Source of the DNA: Tubiluchus corallicola
Taxonomy: Eukaryota; Animalia; Priapulida
Reading direction: 5' to 3'
NCBI GenBank assembly: GCA_030141605.1
Contig: JAQGDQ010002386.1
Span: 1-64,000 of the forward strand
DNA: 64,000 bases
Under the pieces are notes generated by a model that had not been told where the DNA came from, did no database searches, and worked only from the letters and a program-made list of their open reading frames with translations. Made by a program: the position numbers and the translations under genes. Of the stretch, positions 10,392-20,350 are shown piece after piece; the first letter of the stretch is position 1, and the number at the start of each line of letters is the position of its first letter.

Positions 10392-11828
10392 GTACACTAC
10401 TCGCGTATTCTGTTGCTAGAGTGAGCCTGCGTAGCACGAATGGGTACAGTACTTGCGTATTGTGTTGCTAGAGTGTACCTGCGTAGCATGAATGGGTACA
10501 GTACTCGTGTATTCTGTTGTTAGAGTGAACATGCGTAGCACGAATGGGTACAGTACTCGTGTATTCTGTTGCTAGAGTGAACCTGCGTAGCACGGTGGGT
10601 ACAGTACTCGCGTATTCTGTTGCTAGAGTGACCTGCGTACACGATGGGTACAGTACTCGCGTATTCTGTTGCTAGAGTGAACCTGCGTAGTGCGGGTACA
10701 GTACTCGTGTATTCTGTTGCTAGAGTGAACCTGTGTAGCAAGAATGGGTACAGTACTCGCGTATTCTGTTGCTAGAGTGAACCTGCGTAGCACGAATGGG
10801 TACAGTACTCGCGTATTCTGTTGCTAGAGTGAACCTGCGTAGCACGGTGGGTACAGTACTCGCGTATTCTGTTGCTAGAGTGAACCTGCGTAGCACGGTG
10901 GGTACAGTACTCGCGTATTCTGTTGCTAGAGTGAACCTGCGTAGCACGAATGGGTACAGTACTCGCGTATTCTGTTGCTAGAGTGAACCTGCGTAGCACG
11001 AATGGGTACAGTACTCGCGTATTCTGTTGCTAGAGTGAACCTGCGTAGCACGAATGGGTACACTACTCGCGTATTCTGTTGCTAGAGTGAACCTGCGTAG
11101 TGCGGTGGGTACAGTACTCACGTATTCTGTTGCTAGAGTGAACCTGCGTAGCAAGAATGGGTACAGTACTCGTGTATTCTGTTGCTAGAGTGAACCTGCG
11201 TAGTGCGGTGGGTACAGTACTCGTGTATTCTGTTGCTAGAGTGAACCTGCGTAGCAAGAATGGGTACAGTACTCACGTATTCTGTTGCTAGAGTGAACCT
11301 GCGTAGTGCGGTGGGTACAGTACTCGTGTATTCTGTTGCTAGAGTGAACCTGTGTAGCAAGAATGGGTACAGTACTCGCGTATTCTGTTGCTAGAGTGAA
11401 CCTGCGTAGCACGAATGGGTACGGTACTCACGTATTCTGTTGCTAGAGTGAACCTGTGTAGCACGGTGGGTACAGTACTCGTGTATTCTGTTGCTAGAGT
11501 GAACCTGTGTAGCACGAATGGGTACAGTACTCGCGTATTCTGTTGCTAGAGTGAACCTGCGTCCCACGAATGGGTACAGTACTTGCGTATTCTGTTGCTA
11601 GAGTGAACCTGCGTAGCACGAATGGGTACAGTACTCGTGTATTCTGTTGCTAGAGTGAACCTGTGTAGCACGAATGGGTACAGTACTCGCGTATTCTGTT
11701 GCTAGAGTGAACCTGCGTCCCACGAATGGGTACACTACTCGCGTATTCTGTTGCTAGAGTGAACCTGCGTAGTGCGGTGGGTACAGTACTCACATATTCT
11801 GTTGCTAGAGTGAACCTGCGTAGTGCGG
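10392..11828. repeat. 51-52-bp satellite array (~28 units)
   Basis: Consensus tacagtactcgYgtattctgttgctagagtgaacctgcgtagcacgaatggg, with a 51-bp variant ending agYRcggtggg; units are head-to-tail with no spacers. Confidence 0.92.
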
Positions 11829-12780
11829 TAGCAGCTTGACAGCGCAGCTTGGCTGAGCAAGTCTTGCGTGAACTGAGTTGCATGCTATGAAATAAATCCT
11901 GGAATTATACTTTGGAATTGTATAATATTATAGGTGTGCTTGCATAGCAAAATCGTCCATAAGTTGTAATTAAGCTTTTCTGGATATTCACAAATCCCGA
12001 ATCTCCATTCCATGAAGATCATTTTGATATCAAGTTCATGGTTCTATGTTATTTCTAAGCTGAGATAATCCACGTTGAAGTTGAGGTGAAGGCTGCGCAC
12101 TGAAAAACTTAACCTTTAGAAAATCACTGTTAAATTTAGCTATTGTTTTATGTCGCGTTTCTACAAAACACTACCCGTAAAATGTCAAGACGAATGTGTG
12201 GTTGCTATGGGCTTTACAATAGCACAATGTAGTTTTATTAAATCCAGTAGATGGCTCTTCCTGGCGAAGACACCACCTTGGCAGCAGAAAAACCCGGAAG
12301 CAAAATGACAGCTTATACCAGCTACTATCGAACTTTGAAAGAAGGAATTTCTACAATTGCAGTTCTAGTTTGCAGCCAGAAAAGTGGATACGGAGATATA
12401 AAGTTAAGGCTTTGTTGAACATTTTCTTGATACTAGATTATAAAAGTCCAATACGGTTGGCATTTATTTAAAAAAAAGAAATTGACATTTGACCAAATTT
12501 GTAGAAATTTGCAATCATTTTATGTAAAACGTATACAATGTTCACCTCAATCACAAAATTCAACAAACAGTCATAAAGTTAGCAATATGATATTTAACAG
12601 TAGAAAATTTGCATCCTTTCTCAATGCTGTCTCTAGATCAACTGAAACTTGCACGCCTGAGAGAATAGAGCTGTAATCACATGACCAGACATACAAGTTC
12701 CTATTGGAAGTTATATCACATTCATGCATACAGACCATAAATGGAAAGGTCACCTATACTCTACAGACTACTAGTTAAAC

Positions 12781-12790
12781 NNNNNNNNNN
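12781..12790. other. Assembly gap (N10)
   Basis: Ten N bases. Sequences on either side look unrelated. Confidence 0.98.
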
Positions 12791-15700
12791 CAATTCTGCA
12801 ATTTCGCGCCTAAATAACTCGTTTAATTTACGTATTGGTTCATCTCACAATACCAGCTATTCAGACGCAGTTAAGAAACCTGGTCTTCTCCCAACGCCAG
12901 TAATTAACGACCCACAGCGAACCTACTCCGTTTCGAACCGGAGAGAGCCATCTGAACGAAGCAGTTTGTACTACACAGAATCGGCTAAAGCTCATTATCC
13001 TAATAAATGTTCTACAACACTGCCAAGCCAAAATGAACCGCTGCTGTTAACTCAGGAACCAGTTCTAAAATCCGAGATTGAAAACATACTAACCAAAGCC
13101 TTTAAAGAGCTTATCTCCAAGTTCATATAGGCCTAGTATCGTTTAGCTTGGTTTTAGACATTACTCTGAACTTTAAAGCTAGTCTGCGTAAACCTGTTAT
13201 AAAACTCTTTTTTTTACTATTCTATTATGATTTTAATGATGACACTGAATAACAGAAAATTTTTAGCACTGCTGCTAGTGAATTTTTACATAATATGGCA
13301 AAATAGGCCAATCCATCCTAACTCGTGTAAAGATTATAACGTAACAATTGTGTATACTAGTATTATAATAACAATTATCTCACCCACGTTATTACATAAT
13401 AGGAAATATTTACTTCTTATAGTACTGTATTCTATACAAGCCCTTTTACTCGCAACCGATATTAGTATCCTTATGATCGTTCTAAAATTAATTTACCACG
13501 CATGTGTAACGTTCTACTGTGTAAGCTTGATACTATGCTGCCGTATTACTGCAAAAAAACTGCAAGTTAAAGTTATTTTATTTGTGTTAATAGGTACATT
13601 TTGGAAACCATACGAATTTACTTCTTGTATCATAGTTGATATTTCTAACGTATCTTATCATAAAATTACCAAATTTATTTGTGATTATGGGAGCCTTTGT
13701 ATATTTAACGCCAAATATCAAACAGTTAAGTTCTTTTATTGTAACTATGCTTACGTCTTAGTTATACTACGTACATTACTATACATACTAAAACTGAAAA
13801 TGATCTACGTAACAGTAATTTGTAATGTAATGACTAAAGGTAATTTAAACAACTTTTTCATTGCTTTTCCTGTAAATAGCGATAGAATAAGACACTCTAT
13901 GCAATTTATTTTAAAAAGATTTGTATCCATCTTAAAAGTTGTGTACCTCGGTGCTATAAGACAAATGCGTCATGTCAATCTAAAATACGTAGCACTAAAA
14001 AAATTGGAAAAATTACAGATTTCATCTAAATTTGAAAGCACTCTATACTCATGTTCTGAACTGGCTTACATTTTAACCATAATTCGTTTACTACTTATAC
14101 TTGGTGGTATCGAAACTAACCCTGGACCCATTTTGCCAAATAATAATAATAATAACACCAACAATAATAATACCAGTGATGAGCTAAAAGAATTCATGAT
14201 TACTTATAAAAAGAACATCAAATTTCTAAATATAAATATTCAAAGTCTCGTCAAAAAACACTGGCTGCTGAAAGATACAATTCACGCCACCGAAAATCTG
14301 ATTGTAGGCATAACAGAAACTTGGCTACATAAACAAATACTTAGCAACACTATAGAATTACCTAATCACACATTAATAAGAAGAGATCGATGTAAAAATA
14401 AGAAAGGTGGAGGGGTTGCGATGTATATACCTTCACACCTGAGACCACAAGAAATGAAAAGCATCAGAACCGGCAAGATTGAATCTGTTTGGTGCAGCAT
14501 TGAGAACTATGTAATAGGAACTATATATAGACCACCCAATCTCAAACACAAAACATTTTTCAAATACTTTAGTGAAGAACTAGAACGCAGTGTTTTCGAA
14601 AATAAAAAGTTCTTATAATGGGCGATTTCAACCTTGATATTTTAGCTACAAACACACTGGCATACAAAACATACACCGAGCTCTTAAAACAATATAATGT
14701 CCACATACTTAACAACAATAAACCTACTCGAATTTCTAAAACATCAGCCACAGTAATCGACCATTTCATTTCGAATAGTAACAATAATTTCGTAGCATAT
14801 GATACTTTTCCGTGTGATTATTCAGATCATCATTTCATAATATTAGTAGATAAAATGACCCCACAGCATAATAATAACCAAAATTCAGTCTGGCATTTAA
14901 TGAGAGACTACGCCCAATACAACAAACATTCATACTTAATCGACTTAGCAAAAATGAACTGGACCTCCGTATATATGACTGATAAAATAGATACACAAGT
15001 TAATATTCTGACATATAATGTCGAATATTGCCTTAATGTACATGCACCATATAAAAACGTAAAGCAAATCCCACAACAAAGCAAACTCTATAACGAAAGT
15101 ACCTGGACAACACCTGAACTTGACAAACTAAGAATAGCGAAAAACAGAATGTATAATATATGGGAAAAGAACAAAACTAAAAACAATCATAACAATTATA
15201 AAAAAAAAGAGAAATCAATTTAATAATCTTAATAAATGCTTGAAAAATAAACATATACAACAACAATGTAAAAACGCAACAAATACCAAAGAAAAATGGA
15301 AAATTATTAACAATGTAATAAATAAATGCCGTAACAAACTAATGCGTGTTGACGAAATTAAGATCAACAACACTGTTATTACAAAACCCAAAGATATTGC
15401 CAACGCGCTAAATGCAATATTCCTGAATCTTGGAAATTTTAAGGGAGTGGCTTCTCATATTAGCAATAATATAATTAATAAATTAAAAAACAAATCGTCT
15501 AACACAGTATTCTCGTTCAAAAGCGTCACAGTAGGAGAAATTAACGACATATTAAATAACCTAAGTTCCAACAAAGGGAGTGGACCATCAGATATTCCTA
15601 TCAAAATTCTAAAAGATAGCGCATCTGTAATAGCCCCGCATATGACTTACATTACTAATCAGATAATTATGAGAGGCGAATTTCCAACGGTATGTAAAAT

Positions 15701-17356
15701 GGCAAACGTGACTCCAATCCATAAAAAAGATCCAAAATGTGATCCCATGAATTATCGCCCAATTTCCGTAATCCATTGTTTCGGTAAAGTTTGGGAAAGG
15801 GTAATTTATGATCAGATAAATTCATATGTAAATAAACATGAACTTTTATCAAAACATCAGTTTGGCTTCCGTAAACACCATTCAACCATTGACGCCCTAA
15901 TACACACAACAGAAAATTGGAGACATAGTTTAGACAACAAGCACTACATTTTAGCAGCATTTTTGGATTTAAGTAAAGCTTTCGATAGCATTAATCACGA
16001 ACTACTTTACGATAATTTAAAACAAATCGGATTAGATTCGATATCGTTAAAACTGATACAAAATTATCTCAAAGATAGACAACAACGAGTAAAGTTAGAT
16101 ACAACCAACTTTTCTGACTGGGCCACGTTAAATAGAGGTATACCGCAAGGAACACTACTAGGTCCGTTATTATTTTGCCTATATATAAACAACATATCCA
16201 GTGTATTAAAACACTCACAAATAACGCAATACGCTGATGACACTACAATCTACATAGCCCATGAAAATGTCCAAACTGCAAAAAATTATTTAGAAGAAGA
16301 TATAAAAAAATATAAATATGGCATTTAGTCATTACAAGCTAAAAATGAATAATGACAAAACAGAATTCATGATACTGTCACCCTCATTAAATACTAATGA
16401 TGCATCATCAACCACTTTGACAATAGATAATGCTGTAATCAAACAAACTAACAATGTTAAATTCCTGGGCATACAAGTAGACAATAATCTTTCATGGGAT
16501 GATCACTTTAATAACATATACACAAAAATGGCATCTAGCACATCATATCTCCGACAAGTTAAAGGGCAACTAACAAAGGACACTAAAACACTAATATATA
16601 AAACTTTAGTTCTACCACACTTCTTATATGGATGTACGCTACTTCAAAAAACCAAAAGAGAAAATTACTTAAAATTAAATCTCCTTCAAAACTATGCGTT
16701 GAGATTGATAGCTGGGTACTCATACAAACACAAGGCAGGTAGACAAAAATTCAAAGCTTCAACAACTAACCTGAGAAAAACTTTAAAATTCCCAATCATT
16801 GAAGCACACAAAGAATATTTTACTCTGCTTTTTATATTTAAATACATTAACAACATCAGCAAACCATTCCAGAATAACAGATTTACCTTTTTTCCAAATC
16901 CTATCGTTAATTCCAGAACATTCAATCTAAAACAAATTAGGACAAATACCCACTATGGAACGAACTCTGTAATCAAACAAGCAATTTTACTTTGGAATTC
17001 TCTACCATTACAGGTTAAACAAATCAAGTCCCTATCAGCATTTAAAACAAAATTAAAATCACTAATATTAACCAGATATGAAATACCATCACACCAGTAC
17101 GACAACATACACACTAATTCCGAATTCATATACCCACGGCCATATTTATTAAATCATAGTTTTTTATTTTTTTTATTTTTTTGTGTATAGTTGTAAATAT
17201 GTTTGATTTTATTCGTCATTACTGCACAGTAGTTTAGATTGCACTGACGCATTTGCCTTCAGCAGTGTAAGTTTTTATTAACTAACACTGATTGATTATC
17301 TCTATAAAGTTTTTATCAGTGATTATCAATGTTTTTAATGGCAAATAAATAATAAA
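12791..17356 (+). mobile_element. Near full-length CR1-group LINE (Crack/Daphne/L2-like): ORF1 C-terminus, ORF2 (leader, 2A-like motif, APE endonuclease, RT) and 3' UTR
   Basis: ORF1 tail 12791-13130 (SYSDAVK). APE motifs NIQSL, GITETWL, RRDR, GGGVAMY, IYRPP, MGDFN, PTR, IDHF, SDH. RT motifs NYRPIS, QFGFR, FLDLSKAFD, GIPQGTLLGP, QYADD, KFLGI. 3' UTR ends aataaataataaa. The 5' end lies in the N gap. Confidence 0.9.
13227..17190 (+). CDS. LINE ORF2 polyprotein (APE endonuclease + reverse transcriptase), split by three 1-bp frameshifts
   Basis: ORFs 13227-14618, 14618-15223, 15240-16328 and 16318-17190 join into one frame if single-base changes are made in A-runs at ~14604-14608, 15200-15208 and 16304-16310. 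Confidence 0.85.
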
Positions 17357-18929
17357 ACAAGAATGCACTCAGTAGAAAGCAGATCTCTGCCAAAGTCGAA
17401 CAATGGTATTCTTATTCATCTGATTTTTTTGATTAAAAAATTTAATACAAAGATAAACAAACAAATATACAATAATGTACATGTGTTGGCATTATATAGA
17501 CTAGCAAAAGACTCACATATTTGTTCATTAAATGAATTTATAATCAATAATGCTCGAATGTTCCACATGGTGTTTCTCTACCTTTTCACCAATAATTTTG
17601 GGGGTAATAGACTGACAAATATATACGTATCAAGTCATTATAAATTATAGACAACGTTACACACTTTTACAAGCGTGAATTTCTAGAAAAGGAACTGGAA
17701 CTAACACGCTGTTGTTTGTCATGGTAGAGGTAATAAAAAAAGAACTAAACACTCCCTCTGAGATCTCCATGAACGTTTCTTGTATGTAGTTTTGCTAATA
17801 AAAGAACTGGCGAAAAGATTCCCGTTTTGGCAGTCTTTCTCCACCAAATTTGCGCAATTTTCCCCTGTACTATTTGTACGTACATTCCACAGGTGCCATA
17901 ATACTTCATTACACAAAAATTCTGTTTTGTGGGCGGGGTGCATTGTGAATGGGTTAACAATTGAGGGAGCTAAAAATGCTTTTGCCTAGGCAGGGACATA
18001 TTACGACGCTCTAGGCTGATAGTTCTGTCCTACCCATCTCTTTAATGTAATGAGCAGATTAAATAATTACTTGTAGTGTATTAGAAATATTATTAACCTG
18101 GTTTCTACGTTGTCATTATTAACTGCATAGCGCTTACATTTAAGCAGGCTGCGCAACTGCTTGTTGTGTGATACCTTGCACCTTTTCGTTATGTGAGATT
18201 TATATGTCACCTGAGCACAATAACTGCCTGTGGTGTGTTATAAAATTCGCCCTTTACATGAATAGGGAAGCATAGGCATTCTCCAAGAAGAATAGGTTTT
18301 TTCTAAAATTTGACGAACCTCAAACTTTAGCGCCCTAGGTTGTAGCCTAGTTAGCCTATTGGTTAAAGCGCCCCTGTGCCTATATGGCGTCCTATTACCC
18401 AGAGCTGACACTGCATAGATGTGTCTATCAATTTTTAACAGTGCATGGGCAAATATGTGAATCAAAACGCAGAGCAATAATGAGCAATTAAATAATAGTT
18501 ATTATAATTTTACAGCCTAAAATGCACTAAAATTTGTAATGAACGAGACAGTTCTTCTTAATTGATCAAGGTTATAAAGTCTACAAAGGGTTATGCAAGT
18601 AACATAACATAACATAGTGCAATGCAATACAACAGAACACCATCACATTATACAACACATCTTAATTTATATGATCTAATAACGTGACGTAGTGTAACAC
18701 AACGCTGTAAATTGTTCTGATATAATGTGCAATTTATATCTATTTATATCATTGAGATACTAATGTGACATAATTATGTCAGACTCTCTTGAATGCCAAT
18801 TTTATTTAATTATATCACATTGTTGTGTTACTGCATCTAAACACTGTCTAAACGAGAAACGTTATATCCACATACTCTCACTCATTTTATTTTTTTGTAA
18901 AAAATTTGTGTTACATTTACTGTACAGTT

Positions 18930-19575
18930 TGTAGCAATACCATAGTATGGTTTGTGTAGATCAAAGATCTCGGTGATTGCTTAGCAGTGTTCTGCATTCT
19001 AGACTGTCTTGCTGTCCTGATCTTCTTTTTCACTTCCTCAGTTTTATCACTAAGTGCAAGTTCTATATACAAGCTAAATTCTTCACGCCATTTTTTCCAT
19101 GCTTGTCACACATTGTGTGATTCGAAATTTAGTGCGTTAGGTGGTTTTAGCTGATTCGTGGTTCTCTATAAATTTGCCGTCCGAATAAATATTCAAAACA
19201 AACTAGTTCACTTCTGACACCATGTTAAACGCTACAATAATATTAGCAGCCAGACAAATGTGTGCATAATAAAGTAGTATTTATTAAGCTAATTAGGAAC
19301 TTAAACAAAGAAGATCAGGACAGCAATACAGTCTATTATCATCATCATACGCCCGTCACGTCTATTGTAGACATTGGGCAGGCAGAATTCTAAAATAAAA
19401 GAAATCTGCCTTCAGACAGATAAACGCAGCAGTAATCCAGCAAAAAATCTAGACACTGCTACGCCAGTGGCTTGTCAGCACCACCTCCGAAAAAAGACAG
19501 TCTAGAATGCAGAACACTGCTAAGCAATCACTGAGATCTTTTATCTACATAAACCATATCTATGGTATCGTTACA
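18930..19575 (-). mobile_element. Ty3/Gypsy LTR retrotransposon derivative: LTR, tRNA-Leu PBS and gag start on -, capped by an inverted partial LTR
   Basis: Minus-strand LTR 19575-19223 (TGT...CA), immediately followed by TGGTGTCAGAAGT (19222-19210). Gag-like LKPPNALNFESHNV*QAWKKWREEFSLYIELAL follows. 18930-19029 is an inverted copy of the LTR 5' part. Flanks CAGTT/CAGTC. Confidence 0.7.
19336..19496 (-). mobile_element. Short retroposon 3' fragment with (GAT)n tail inserted in the LTR
   Basis: Flanked by direct repeat acagtcta (~19329-19335 region and 19497-19504); atcatcatcat tail at the left end. Confidence 0.55.
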
Positions 19576-20350
19576 CAGTCCAAATTATTATTTTATATAG
19601 ATAGATAATGCTTAAATATTCCGAAATATCTGATCAAACAGTGCCATTAAACGGCCTAGTTTAGTCAGACCCTTACTTTACTTTAAACTTCACTTGACTA
19701 CGTTTTCTGCGCATTTTTTAATTTTATTTTATGATCGGTAAGGAGTCACATGACTTGTATTTTGCTGTTTAAATCCTATCTTAAAATTAACTTTTACTTG
19801 CTTAAAACAGCGATGTGATGTGCAGAACACTGCGCATTGTTCATCGCGTCTTAACATAACAACGTAACATAACATAACATAATTGGATGACTAGATGACC
19901 AATTGGTCTTTCGCTGCCCTTTCTTCACATTTTTGTTGCTAAATTAATTGTATTGTAACTGTGCGCGTTAAAAGATAAATAAAAGATTATTATTATTATT
20001 ATAACTTAATGCAACATAACACAATATAACATACCATATATAATATACATTCAGATGTTGCTCAGTATTCTATTGCTGTAGCATTGCAGAGGGCCACGTT
20101 AAAACCTGTACTATAACTCAGTACTTAATTTTTAATTTCATGCCTATTTTCATTTTTACATTTATTACTCTCTGTACCCTAGCATTGAGTTTTAACAACT
20201 CTTCCGTTTCAATTGTTTTAACTTTTAAGACATCTAGCTTTATTCCTGGCTTCTCTAATGATTTCCCAAGCGATGGCGCGCAGGAAAAGTCGCTAAACCA
20301 AAAACACGGAGCGTCAAAATTATTTGAGTTAGAAGTGAATGAATGTTAGG

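Noticed and set aside
2597-11828. CRISPR-like appearance of the two regular arrays
   Set aside because: Units are head-to-tail with no unique spacers, there are no cas genes, and the context is eukaryotic.
10520-11883. Repeated LRRFTLATEY ORFs
   Set aside because: Translation of the 52-bp satellite; frames break at unit-length variants.
12741-13130. 129-aa ORF spanning the N gap as a single protein
   Set aside because: The gap length is nominal; only the part right of the gap resembles a LINE ORF1 C-terminus.
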